Source: a virus
Reading direction: 5' to 3' (one strand)
DNA: 27,823 nucleotides
UHGV virus genome: UHGV-0038965
Shown: positions 1-8,069 of the stretch, one piece after another
Layout: the number at the start of each line of letters is the position of its first letter
Numbering within the stretch: position 1 is the first letter of the stretch
Notes under the pieces: model-generated
Database searches by the model: none
Seen by the model: the letters and a program-made list of their open reading frames with translations, nothing else
What the model was told of the DNA's origin: nothing
Made by a program: the position numbers and the translations under genes

Positions 1-46
1 AGGTTGCTCCGGGCTATGAAATAGAAAAATGAATCCGTTGAAGCCT

Positions 47-61
47 GCTTTTTTATACTAA
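47..61. other. attL: attL core (O) of the lambda attachment site, GCTTTTTTATACTAA; bases 1-46 are host-side (B arm) flank
   Basis: Exact 15-bp lambda core sequence read at 47-61. The left flank (gaagcctgc) matches my memory of attB, and the right flank (gttggcattataaaaaagcattgcttatcaatttgttgcaacgaacagg) matches the lambda P' arm. Confidence 0.85.
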
Positions 62-99
62 GTTGGCATTATAAAAAAGCATTGCTTATCAATTTGTTG

Positions 100-145
100 C
101 AACGAACAGGTCACTATCAGTCAAAATAAAATCATTATTTGATTT
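100..145. promoter_or_regulatory. P' arm with Int arm-type binding sites (P'1-P'3) overlapping the int 3' end
   Basis: caggtcactatcagtcaaaataaaatcattatttg carries arm-type repeats of the C/AAGTCACTAT kind, directly after the core as in lambda attP/attL. Confidence 0.7.
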
Positions 146-1205
146 CAATTTTGTCCCACTCCCTGCCTCTGTCATCACGATACTGTGATGCCATGGTGTC
201 CGACTTATGCCCGAGAAGATGTTGAGCAAACTTATCGCTTATCTGCTTCTCATAGAGTCTTGCAGACAAACTGCGCAACTCGTGAAAGGTAGGCGGATCC
301 CCTTCGAAGGAAAGACCTGATGCTTTTCGTGCGCGCATAAAATACCTTGATACTGTGCCGGATGAAAGCGGTTCACGACGAGTAGATGCAATTATGGTTT
401 CTCCGCCAAGAATCTCTTTGCATTTATCAAGTGTTTCCTTCATTGATATCCCGAGAGCATCAACATGCAATGTTGTTGGGATGGCAATTTTTACGCCTGT
501 TTTGCTTTGCTCGACATAAAGATATCCATCTACGATATCAGACCACTTCATTTCGCATAAATCACCAACTCGTTGCCCGGTAACAACAGCCAGTTCCATT
601 GCAAGTCTGAGCCAACATGGTGATGATTCTGCTGCTTGATAAATTTTCAGGTATTCGTCAGCCGTAAGTCTTGATCTCCTTACCTCTGATTTTGCTGCGC
701 GAGTGGCAGCGACAGGGTTTGTTGTTATATGGCCTTCAGCTATTGCCTCTCGGAATGCATCGCTCAGTGTTGATCTGATTAACTTGGCTGACGCCGCCTT
801 GCCCTCGTCTATGTATCCATTGAGCATTGCCGCAATTTCTTTTGTGGTGATGTCTTCAAGTGGAGCATCAGGCAGACCCCTCCTTATTGCTTTAATTTTG
901 CTCATGTAATTTATGAGTGTCTTCTGCTTGATTCCTCTGCTGGCCAGGATTTTTTCGTAGCGATCAAGCCATGAATGTAACGTAACGGAATTATCACTGT
1001 TGATTCTCGCTGTCAGAGGCTTGTGTTTGTGTCCTGAAAATAACTCAATGTTGGCCTGTATAGCTTCAGTGATTGCGATTCGCCTGTCTCTGCCTAATCC
1101 AAACTCTTTACCCGTCCTTGGGTCCCTGTAGCAGTAATATCCATTGTTTCTTATATAAAGGTTAGGGGGTAAATCCCGGCGCTCATGACTTCGCCTTCTT
1201 CCCAT
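135..1205 (-). CDS. int: Tyrosine integrase Int (lambda-type, 356 aa)
   Basis: 356-aa ORF whose translation (MGRRRSHERRDLPPNLYIRNNGYYCYRDPRTGKEFGLGRDRRIAITEAIQ...) matches lambda Int as I recall it. It lies immediately beside the att core and overlaps xis. Confidence 0.97.
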   Translation of the reverse strand: MGRRRSHERRDLPPNLYIRNNGYYCYRDPRTGKEFGLGRDRRIAITEAIQANIELFSGHKHKPLTARINSDNSVTLHSWLDRYEKILASRGIKQKTLINYMSKIKAIRRGLPDAPLEDITTKEIAAMLNGYIDEGKAASAKLIRSTLSDAFREAIAEGHITTNPVAATRAAKSEVRRSRLTADEYLKIYQAAESSPCWLRLAMELAVVTGQRVGDLCEMKWSDIVDGYLYVEQSKTGVKIAIPTTLHVDALGISMKETLDKCKEILGGETIIASTRREPLSSGTVSRYFMRARKASGLSFEGDPPTFHELRSLSARLYEKQISDKFAQHLLGHKSDTMASQYRDDRGREWDKIEIK

Positions 1206-1401
1206 TTCTGATCCTCTTCAAAAGGCTACCTGTTACTGGTCGATTTAAGTCAACCTTTACCGCTGATTCGTGGAACAGATACTCTCTTCCATCCTTAACC
1301 GGAGGAGGGAATATCCTGCACTCGCGTACCCATCGACGAACTGTTTCAAGGCTTCTTGGGCGTCGCTGGCGTGCGTTCCACTCCTGAAGTGTCAAGTACA
1401 T
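1183..1401 (-). CDS. xis: Excisionase Xis (72 aa)
   Basis: 72-aa ORF MYLTLQEWNARQRRPRSLETVRRWVRECRIFPPPVKDGREYLFHESAVKVDLNRP..., the lambda Xis sequence and length; 3' end overlaps the int start as in lambda. Confidence 0.95.
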   Translation of the reverse strand: MYLTLQEWNARQRRPRSLETVRRWVRECRIFPPPVKDGREYLFHESAVKVDLNRPVTGSLLKRIRNGKKAKS

Positions 1402-1440
1402 CGCAAAGTCTCCGCAATTACACGCAAGAAAAAACCGCCA

Positions 1441-1608
1441 TCAGGCGGCTTGGTGTTCTTTCAGTTCTTCAATTCGAATATTGGTTATGTCTGCATGTGC
1501 TATCTGCGCCCATATCATCCAGTGGTCGTAGCAGTCGTTGATGTTCTCCGCTTCGATAACTCTGTTGAATGGCTCTCCATTCCATTCTCCTGTGACTCGG
1601 AAGTGCAT
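1441..1608 (-). CDS. Small hypothetical protein (55 aa), positional equivalent of lambda orf55
   Basis: My own translation of the minus strand gives MHFRVTGEWNGEPFNRVIEAENINDCYDHWMIWAQIAHADITNIRIEELKEHQAA. It is below the 60-aa cutoff of the ORF track. Its stop overlaps a hairpin plus T-run (ccgcc-tgat-ggcgg-tttttt on the minus strand). Confidence 0.4.
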   Translation of the reverse strand: MHFRVTGEWNGEPFNRVIEAENINDCYDHWMIWAQIAHADITNIRIEELKEHQAA

Positions 1609-1696
1609 TTATCATCTCCATAAAACAAAACCCGCCGTAGCGAGTTCAGATAAAATAAATCCCCGCGAGTGCGAGGATAGTTACTTGTTCATATTA

Positions 1697-1996
1697 TTAA
1701 TCGTCAATGTATTTTGAGCATTGTGGGCAATCATCGATCCCACAATACGATTCATATGCATCCTTTATTGCGTCGCGGGCTTCAGTAAGAGTATTGAATA
1801 AGTTGCAGCTATTATCTTTTTGATATAGGTAAGTTCCTAATTTATAAGCAGAAGAAGCATCATTTCCGCTGTCTAAAATTACATCGTTATGGATTCTGCA
1901 CCTTGCAAGAACTCCTGATCCCATAAGGGTCTGCATAGCCCATTGCTCTTGATCTTCACACAAATCATGAATGCTCATTTCAACACCTCTCTTCAC
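1697..1996 (-). CDS. Ea8.5-like Cys-rich small protein (the real start may be the internal Met at 1978)
   Basis: 99-aa ORF in the lambda ea8.5 position with motifs SGVL..C, SAYK and C..C.K.IDD that resemble lambda Ea8.5 as I recall it. AT-rich, with an AT-rich promoter-like region upstream (1997-2092). Confidence 0.55.
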   Translation of the reverse strand: MKRGVEMSIHDLCEDQEQWAMQTLMGSGVLARCRIHNDVILDSGNDASSAYKLGTYLYQKDNSCNLFNTLTEARDAIKDAYESYCGIDDCPQCSKYIDD

Positions 1997-2092
1997 GTTT
2001 CACACACGTTAAGATTAACAGTGTTTTTACATGCTTTGGGAGATTTATTTTATAAAAACTCTTTTAATACAAATAGATATAATAGTTCACTA

Positions 2093-2890
2093 TTATAGCT
2101 CCTTTAATCGAGGCGGTTCTGGTAGAGGCATCCAGTGGGTTACACCGCCAATTGGCTCATCGTCGTCGTACTCCAATGCGGCTATATAGAACCCGTCACG
2201 ACGAGAATAAGAAATCCCGGACATTACAATGCCATCCGAAACAACAATAATGTCACCCGTTTCTTTCGGCATTCGCTCACTACAGCTTATCCAACCATCC
2301 GGAGTCACCGGAAGCGAGAACGGCAGCACATCTCTGTGAACAAGTTTTTGCTGTGACAGGTTATCCAGAACTTTCTGTACTGCTGCATCACCGAATACAC
2401 CAAGCGCATCTGCCATAACTCCTACAACCTGATAAGCCTCAGCGCATACCGTGGATAAACCATCCGGAATTACCGGAGAGTTGCCGGGTTCTTTAATGTG
2501 CAAGCGAGGCTCACCATCTTTTGGTTCAGGCCACTGGCGCTCCATGTTGATCTTCAATTTATCTTCCATAGCAGCGGTAATTTCAGCATCGCTGATGCCA
2601 GCACGGCGCTGTGCATCCCACAACAGGAAATGCATATCAGCCCACTCGCTGAGATCGTCTGGTTCGGCTGCGGCTTCCAGAGCCTCTTTTGAGAGGTGTT
2701 TCAGTGGACCAATGGGGCCAACGCAGCCAAATGTGGAGTCAGACCATTTGGCATGCTCGTGGCGAATCAGTTCGCGTTCCAGTGATGCCAGTGCAATTCG
2801 TGCCAGTTCCATTTGTTCGCCACGAGTAAGCCCGTTTTCAAGCGGATTTTTAATGAACAATTCAATACGTTCTTTGGTAATAGTGGTCAT
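2093..2890 (-). CDS. Hypothetical modular early protein (265 aa) with a C-terminal DUF551-like segment
   Basis: Long ORF with good coding character. The C-terminal GVTHWMPLPEPP segment is typical of the prophage DUF551 family. Its N-terminus (MTTITK...RIALASLE) and an NSPVIPDG segment recur in the product of 12884-13690. Confidence 0.6.
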   Translation of the reverse strand: MTTITKERIELFIKNPLENGLTRGEQMELARIALASLERELIRHEHAKWSDSTFGCVGPIGPLKHLSKEALEAAAEPDDLSEWADMHFLLWDAQRRAGISDAEITAAMEDKLKINMERQWPEPKDGEPRLHIKEPGNSPVIPDGLSTVCAEAYQVVGVMADALGVFGDAAVQKVLDNLSQQKLVHRDVLPFSLPVTPDGWISCSERMPKETGDIIVVSDGIVMSGISYSRRDGFYIAALEYDDDEPIGGVTHWMPLPEPPRLKEL

Positions 2891-2900
2891 TTGTTAGTCC

Positions 2901-3656
2901 TTAAACTGCTAGTTGCAATTGCATTTCAAAGCGGTCGCGTTGTTCACAATACGCAAGAGAACCAGGGCTATTGTGTGCCTCAATCCGTTCTACCATTAAT
3001 GCTGCGCGTGTCTCTTTACTTGCAGGTGCATAAGCCCCAGACCAGGCTTTATCAATACCGATGTTTCGAGCGACGTTCGTACTATCTGCGCTGGCTAAGG
3101 GTAATTTTGTGAATATCAGCGGATTTAACATGCGCAATCCATGTAGTTTCGTAACCGGCTGACCATGCCCATCAACAATGTGACGAATCAGGTCTTTCAT
3201 TCTGGCTACCGCAAGAGTTGGGCGCTTTACGTCATAGTCGCCACAACTACCGATAGCCACTCGCGGAAACTCATTGCACAAATGAATAAATCGCGCGTCA
3301 CTTTCATTCATGTGCCACACTGGAACGCCAGCTAGTTTTCCGTGAGGCCACTCATTCAGAAGCGCATCATTTTCCTCCTCTCCGCCATCAATAATATCCG
3401 GGATAATGGCAAAATCGAATCCTGGGTGATTCTTCCAGCGAGCAACAAACTCGTAGTAATCGCTCCAGTCGATTTTGTTTTTGCCAGCTGCTTTCCAGGC
3501 GGTGAATGCACCGTTGTCCAGCGCGAACGACTGACAGTATTCAGCCGCGAGATTGATCTGGCCTGAATGCGCAAAACTGATAAACGCATGTCGCCCTTTC
3601 CATGCTCTCATTGCGCACGTATCAGGAGTAATAGGCCCACCGTGGTAGTGAATCAT
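2901..3656 (-). CDS. Hypothetical protein (about 251 aa), function unknown
   Basis: ORF 2901-3698 in the track. The preferred start is the ATG at 3656 (MIHYHGGPITPD...), which is preceded by AGGAG and sits next to the stop of the upstream gene. Contains an acidic stretch, DFAIIPDIIDGGEEEND. No family recognised with confidence. Confidence 0.55.
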   Translation of the reverse strand: MIHYHGGPITPDTCAMRAWKGRHAFISFAHSGQINLAAEYCQSFALDNGAFTAWKAAGKNKIDWSDYYEFVARWKNHPGFDFAIIPDIIDGGEEENDALLNEWPHGKLAGVPVWHMNESDARFIHLCNEFPRVAIGSCGDYDVKRPTLAVARMKDLIRHIVDGHGQPVTKLHGLRMLNPLIFTKLPLASADSTNVARNIGIDKAWSGAYAPASKETRAALMVERIEAHNSPGSLAYCEQRDRFEMQLQLAV

Positions 3657-3657
3657 C

Positions 3658-4065
3658 TCACTCTCCTTTGATGCGAATGCCAGTAGCGCGGATTGCATCG
3701 ATGACTTCAGAAACTTTGTATGCCATTACCGTTTGGTAATCATCGTGAAAATCTGTTCGATGAAGCATGCTGCTACGTTCCGGGAGCAGTATTTCCCGCG
3801 CTTCCAGTTCTGCAATGCGCTTTTTTGCTGCTTCCAGTTCATCCAGTAATTCCAGCACGGTAGCCGGATTAGCCTTGGCAACAAAATCCCGGACTGGCTT
3901 ACAATCAATCTCCGCAATGGGTTGATACGATGTGTAGCCATGCTGTCTTGTATAACTACCGTGACGAATAACGAAAAAATCACCATTTATTTTTTTAGCC
4001 TGCCACTTATCTTCACCGGCTTTCTCTGCCGCTTCACGCAGTGCCTGAGAGTTAATTTCGCTCAC
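3658..4065 (-). CDS. Ea22-like protein (135 aa)
   Basis: N-terminus MSEINSQALREAAE and C-terminus GIRIKGE resemble lambda Ea22. Shares the motif ANPATVLELLDELEA with the product of 12474-12887. Confidence 0.7.
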   Translation of the reverse strand: MSEINSQALREAAEKAGEDKWQAKKINGDFFVIRHGSYTRQHGYTSYQPIAEIDCKPVRDFVAKANPATVLELLDELEAAKKRIAELEAREILLPERSSMLHRTDFHDDYQTVMAYKVSEVIDAIRATGIRIKGE

Positions 4066-4283
4066 TTCGAACCTCTCTGTTTACTGATAAGCTCCAGATC
4101 CTCCTGGCAACTTGCACAAGTCCGACAACCCTGAACGACCAGGCGTCTTCGTTCATCTATCGGATCGCCACACTCACAACAATGAGTGGCAGATACAGTC
4201 TGGTAGTTCAGACGACGCATTTTTATTGCTGTGTTGCGCTGTAATTCTTCAATTTCTGATGCTGAATCAATGATGTCTGCCAT
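4062..4283 (-). CDS. TraR/DksA-family C4 zinc-finger protein (73 aa)
   Basis: Four cysteines in CCECGDPIDERRR...GCRTCASCQE, the C4 spacing and length typical of phage and plasmid TraR-like proteins. Overlaps its neighbours by 4 bp. Confidence 0.7.
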   Translation of the reverse strand: MADIIDSASEIEELQRNTAIKMRRLNYQTVSATHCCECGDPIDERRRLVVQGCRTCASCQEDLELISKQRGSK

Positions 4284-4381
4284 CTTCCATTAATCCCTGA
4301 ATTGTTGGTTAATACGCTTGAGGGTGAATGCGAATAATAAAAAAGGAGCCTGTAGCTCCCTGATGATTTTGCTTTTCATGT

Positions 4382-4663
4382 TCATCGTTCCTTAAAGACG
4401 CCGTTTAACATGCCGATTGCCAGGCTTAAATGAGTCGGTGTGAATCCCATCAGCGTTACCGTTTCGCGGTGCTTCTTCAGTACGCTACGGCAAATGTCAT
4501 CGACGTTTTTATCCGGAAACTGCTGTCTGGCTTTTTTGATTTCAGAATTAGCCTGACGGGCAATGCTGCGAAGGGCGTTTTCCTGCTGAGGTGTCATTGA
4601 ACAAGTCCCATGTCGGCAAGCATAAGCACACAGAATATGAAGCCCGCTGCCAGAAAAATGCAT
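4382..4663 (-). CDS. Hypothetical small early protein (possibly starting at the internal Met, about 71 aa)
   Basis: ORF within the tightly packed leftward operon; no family recognised. Confidence 0.4.
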   Translation of the reverse strand: MHFSGSGLHILCAYACRHGTCSMTPQQENALRSIARQANSEIKKARQQFPDKNVDDICRSVLKKHRETVTLMGFTPTHLSLAIGMLNGVFKER

Positions 4664-4673
4664 TCAGTGGTTG

Positions 4674-5027
4674 TCATACCTGGTCTCTCTCATCTGCTTC
4701 TGCTTTCGCCACCATCATTTCCAGCTTTTGTGAAAGGGATGCGGCTAACGTGTGAAATTCTTCGTCTGTTTCTACTGGTATTGGCACAAACCTGACTCCA
4801 ATTTGAGCGAGGCTATGTGCCATCTCGATACTCGTTCTTAACTCAACGGGAGATGCTTTGTGCATACAGCCCCCCCATTTATTATTTATCTCCTCAGCCA
4901 GCCGCTGTGCTTTCAGGGGATTTCGGATTACAGAAAGGCCGGGAAATACCCAGCCTCGCTTTGTAACGGAGTAGACGAAAGTGATTGCGCCTACCCGGAT
5001 ATTATCGTGAGGATGCGTCATCGCCAT
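4674..5027 (-). CDS. Hypothetical protein (117 aa) in the lambda orf60a/orf63 position immediately downstream of exo
   Basis: Position directly after exo, overlapping the exo start region by 10 bp. May be a fusion of two small lambda-like ORFs; not verified. Confidence 0.45.
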   Translation of the reverse strand: MAMTHPHDNIRVGAITFVYSVTKRGWVFPGLSVIRNPLKAQRLAEEINNKWGGCMHKASPVELRTSIEMAHSLAQIGVRFVPIPVETDEEFHTLAASLSQKLEMMVAKAEADERDQV

Positions 5028-5698
5028 TGCTCCCCAAATACAAAACCAATTTCAGCCAGTGCCTCGTCCATTTTTTCGATGAACTCCGGCACCATCTCGT
5101 CAAAACTCGCCATGTACTTTTCATTCCGCTCAATCACGACATAATGCAGGCCTTCACGCTTCATGCGCGGGTCATAGTTGGCAAAGTACCAGGCATCTTT
5201 TCGCGTCACCCACATGCTGTACTGCACCTGGGCCATGTAAGCCGATTTTATTGCCTCGAAACCACCGAGCCGGAATTTCATGAAATCCCGGGAGGTAAAC
5301 GGGCATTTCAGTTCAAGGCCGTTGCCGTCACTGCATAAACCATCGGGAGAGCAGGCGGTGCGCATATTTTCGTCGCGATAGATGATCGGGGATTCAGTAA
5401 TATTCACGCCGGAAGTGAATTCAAACAGGGTTCTGGCGTCGTTCTCGTACTGTTTTCCCCAGGCCAGCGCCTTAGCATTAACTTCCGGAGCCACACCGGT
5501 GCAAACCTCAGCCAGCAGGGTGTGGAAGTAGGACATTTTCATGTCAGGCCACTTCTTTCCTGAGCGGGGCTTTGCTATCACGTTGTGAACTTCTGAAGCG
5601 GTGATGACGCCGAGCCGTAATTTGTGCCATGCATCATCCCCCTGTTCGACAGCTCTCACGTCGATCCCGGTACGCTGCAGGATAATGTCCGGTGTCAT
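5018..5698 (-). CDS. exo: Lambda exonuclease (Red alpha), 226 aa
   Basis: Translation [65 protein letters not shown]... matches lambda Exo in sequence and length. Confidence 0.97.
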   Translation of the reverse strand: MTPDIILQRTGIDVRAVEQGDDAWHKLRLGVITASEVHNVIAKPRSGKKWPDMKMSYFHTLLAEVCTGVAPEVNAKALAWGKQYENDARTLFEFTSGVNITESPIIYRDENMRTACSPDGLCSDGNGLELKCPFTSRDFMKFRLGGFEAIKSAYMAQVQYSMWVTRKDAWYFANYDPRMKREGLHYVVIERNEKYMASFDEMVPEFIEKMDEALAEIGFVFGEQWR

Positions 5699-6480
5699 GC
5701 TGCCACCTTCTGCTCAGTGGCTTTCTGTTTCAGGAATCCAAGAGCTTTCACTGCTTCGGCCTGTGTCAGTTCTGACGATGCGCGAATGTCGCGGCGAAAT
5801 ATCTGGGAACAGAGCGGCAATAAGTCGTCATCCCATGTTTTATCCAGGGCGATCAGCAGAGTGTTAATCTCCTGCATGGTTTCATCGTTAACCGGAGTGA
5901 TGTCGCGTTCTGGCTGACGTTCTGCAGTGTATGCAGTATTTTCGACAATGCGCTCGGCTTCATCCTTGTCATAGATACCAGCAAATCCGAAGGCCAGACG
6001 GGCACACTGAATCATGGCTTTATGCCGTAACATCCGTTTGGGATGCGACTGCCACGGCCCCGTGATTTCTCTGCCTTCGCGAGTTTTGAATGGTTCGCGG
6101 CGGCATTCATCCATCCATTCGGTAACGCAGATCGGATGATTACGGTCCTTGCGGTAAATCCGGCATGTACATGATTCATTGTCCTGCTCAAAGTCCATGC
6201 CATCAAACTGCTGGTTTTCATTGATGATGCGGGACCAGCCATCAACGCCCACCACCGGAACGATGCCGTTCTGCTTATCAGGGAAGGCGTAAATTTCTTT
6301 CGTCCACGGATTAAGGCCGTACTGGTTGGCGACGATCAACAATGCGATGAACTGCGCATCGCTGGCATCACCTTTAAATGCCGTCTGACGAAGAGTGGTG
6401 ATCAGTTCCTGTGGGTCGACAGAATCCATGCCGACACGTTCAGCCAGCTTCCCAGCCAGCGTTGCGAGTGCAGTACTCAT
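5695..6480 (-). CDS. bet: Red beta single-strand annealing protein (Bet), 261 aa
   Basis: Translation [66 protein letters not shown]... matches lambda Bet. Overlaps exo by 4 bp. Confidence 0.97.
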   Translation of the reverse strand: MSTALATLAGKLAERVGMDSVDPQELITTLRQTAFKGDASDAQFIALLIVANQYGLNPWTKEIYAFPDKQNGIVPVVGVDGWSRIINENQQFDGMDFEQDNESCTCRIYRKDRNHPICVTEWMDECRREPFKTREGREITGPWQSHPKRMLRHKAMIQCARLAFGFAGIYDKDEAERIVENTAYTAERQPERDITPVNDETMQEINTLLIALDKTWDDDLLPLCSQIFRRDIRASSELTQAEAVKALGFLKQKATEQKVAA

Positions 6481-6485
6481 TCGTT

Positions 6486-6782
6486 TTATACCTCTGAATC
6501 AATATCAACCTGATGGTGAGCAATGGTTTCAACCATGTACCGGATGTGTTCCGCCATGCGCTCCTGAAACTCAACATCGTCATCAAATGCACGGGTAATG
6601 GCTTTTTTGCTGGCCCCGTGGCGTTGCAAATGATCGATGCATAGCGATTCAAACAGGTGCTGGGGCAGGCCTTTTTCCATGTCGTCTGCCAGTTCTGCCT
6701 CTTTCTCTTCATGGGCGATCTGCTGGTAGTGACGCGCCCAGCTCTGAGCCTCAAGACGATCCTGAATGTAATAAGCGTTCAT
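6486..6782 (-). CDS. gam: Gam (RecBCD inhibitor), 98-aa short form
   Basis: [60 protein letters not shown]... matches the C-terminal 98 residues of lambda Gam (GamS). The ORF track reports no longer in-frame ORF, so the long form appears absent. Confidence 0.93.
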   Translation of the reverse strand: MNAYYIQDRLEAQSWARHYQQIAHEEKEAELADDMEKGLPQHLFESLCIDHLQRHGASKKAITRAFDDDVEFQERMAEHIRYMVETIAHHQVDIDSEV

Positions 6783-6857
6783 GGCTGAACTCCTGAAAAT
6801 GGCTGTGAAAATATCGCCCGCGAAATGCCAGGCTGATTAGGTAAACAGGAAAGGGGA

Positions 6858-7148
6858 TTAGTGATTCAGACCGTTGCCGCGCCCGTCGAGAAAAACTTCC
6901 ACGAGCAAGTCACGGGTATAAGTGCGCTCGATGCCGCGATGCAGATAAAGCCGTCCGCGTAAATTAGCTGATGCAGTCCAGGTACCATCTTTGTGTTTGA
7001 CCAGCATTCCTGGCATGACCGCACCGCGATTAACGGTCTGCGTTCCGTAATGTTGATGAACCATAAAAACTCCTGCCCGTAAGCTGGGCTGCTGAACATA
7101 TAAAGACTTCTGCGCGTATTCAGGCGGTGGATGGCCGCCGGTTGTCAT
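6858..7148 (-). CDS. Hypothetical protein (96 aa), first ORF of the leftward early operon in the position where lambda has N
   Basis: ORF begins about 190 nt downstream of the putative pL, with GAGG 10-13 nt upstream of the ATG. It has no arginine-rich N-terminus and so is not N-like. It could be a non-coding artefact. Confidence 0.35.
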   Translation of the reverse strand: MTTGGHPPPEYAQKSLYVQQPSLRAGVFMVHQHYGTQTVNRGAVMPGMLVKHKDGTWTASANLRGRLYLHRGIERTYTRDLLVEVFLDGRGNGLNH

Positions 7149-7286
7149 AACTAAGCCGCCTCGTTGAAGCGACTAAGGTATGAAATGTTGAGTTGATTTC
7201 AGCTGGTCACACCGACGTTCACGCGTCCGTTTCATCCCTCGCACTACCCGAAGCCTGCTGAAATTCAAGCTGCGGATCTAAGCGGT

Positions 7287-7336
7287 CATCGCAACGGTGA
7301 AACAGGTGGTTACCGTATCGTTGTGTCGTTGCGATG
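7287..7336 (-). promoter_or_regulatory. Extended stem-loop at the 5' end of the putative pL transcript (candidate antitermination or regulatory RNA element)
   Basis: Perfect 10-bp inverted repeat, catcgcaacg ... cgttgcgatg, enclosing about 30 nt, immediately downstream of the putative pL start. Confidence 0.4.
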
Positions 7337-7339
7337 AAT

Positions 7340-7430
7340 TTATTTAAAACTATAGTTGTTTTATCGTCAACAACAAAAGTTGTTTTATCGGTTGTTTTAA
7401 ATATAACTGGTTGTATTTAGGATGGATTTA
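7340..7430 (-). promoter_or_regulatory. OL/pL region: leftward early promoter with operator repeats
   Basis: The minus strand reads TTGACG - 17 nt - TTAAAT. The spacer carries AACAACTATAGTTTTAA, nearly identical to AACAACCATAGTTTTAA in the cI-cro intergenic region. Several GTTGTT/AACAAC half-sites are present. Confidence 0.55.
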
Positions 7431-7506
7431 TTTTGTGACTTGCATCGCATAGCGATAACTGAAGTGAGGTCGTGGTGGTTTTTTGAACGGTGTGTGATGA
7501 GGGGAG

Positions 7507-7538
7507 GGCAAAATAAAACCCGGCACGGTGGCCGGGTT
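7507..7538 (-). terminator. Rho-independent terminator ending the cI operon (t-imm analogue)
   Basis: On the minus strand, stem ACCCGGC/GCCGGGT with loop, followed by UUUUAUUUU; lies just downstream of the 147-aa gene. Confidence 0.65.
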
Positions 7539-7613
7539 TAGATGATTGGTTAAGAGCGAGGGTAATGGGGAATGAAAAATCGCTTTACCTAATGCAAGGG
7601 TGCGAGCATTTTC

Positions 7614-8057
7614 TTAAGCACTAAAGAAAAAGTACATTGATAGCTTATAAAGTCCTGTTCCTGCAGCGATGATTGCTGGAACACCAAGCAATACCGCAAG
7701 CTTTGCGTCTGAAATCTTTCTATCGACAGCATCACTTGATGGCTTGTTTGTTAAGGATTCTTTTATAGAGTCCAGACGTGCAAGAATAGTTATCATATTT
7801 TTGTCGATAGCTTTAACGTCTGTTTTAAGTTCATCAACGTCTCGTTTGATATGAGCAACATCGGACTCCAGTTTTGCAACTTTTTCAGGCATGTTATCAC
7901 TCCCAGACCCACTGCTACCACTTGATTGTAGCATGTCCCATCTTTTTCCAGATATACCTGCTAGCTGGGAAGACGCACTGGAGTGCAAACAAAATGATTT
8001 TGCCGCCTTTGCAATTTTATCATTTAGGTTTGGAGCTTCGTAATAATCGTGTTTCAT
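7614..8057 (-). CDS. Coiled-coil protein with a C-terminal transmembrane helix (147 aa; an alternative 92-aa form starts at 7892), possibly XhlA-like
   Basis: C-terminal hydrophobic helix LAVLLGVPAIIAAGTGLYKL. The central region (KLESDVAHIKRDVDELKTDVKAIDKNM) is heptad-like. A strong SD, GGGAG, precedes the internal ATG at 7892. AT-rich. Lies downstream of cI on the same strand. Confidence 0.6.
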   Translation of the reverse strand: MKHDYYEAPNLNDKIAKAAKSFCLHSSASSQLAGISGKRWDMLQSSGSSGSGSDNMPEKVAKLESDVAHIKRDVDELKTDVKAIDKNMITILARLDSIKESLTNKPSSDAVDRKISDAKLAVLLGVPAIIAAGTGLYKLSMYFFFSA

Positions 8058-8069
8058 AATTAATTACGA

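Noticed and set aside
386-909. Plus-strand ORFs (386-583, 703-909) inside int
   Set aside because: They lie antisense within a gene whose product matches lambda Int along its full length; they are reading-frame shadows.
2135-2897. Plus-strand ORFs (2135-2356, 2451-2897, 2498-2692) opposite the 265-aa minus-strand gene
   Set aside because: Antisense to a long ORF that fits the operon's strand and overlap pattern; compositionally biased translations typical of shadow ORFs.
6866-7099. 77-aa minus-strand ORF in an alternative frame to the 96-aa ORF
   Set aside because: Fully nested in another frame of the same region, with a Cys/Trp-rich translation and no SD; at most one of the two is real, and the longer one has the better start context.
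6858-7148. The 96-aa ORF as an N antiterminator
   Set aside because: It has no arginine-rich N-terminal motif and no downstream nut-like boxA/boxB pair, so it is not N-like; it is kept only as a hypothetical ORF.
7549-7558. boxA-like CGCTCTTAA (minus strand) next to the hairpin at 7507-7538 as a nutL site
   Set aside because: It lies upstream of the putative pL and the hairpin is followed by a U-run, so the element is better explained as the terminator of the cI operon; the boxA match is probably coincidental.
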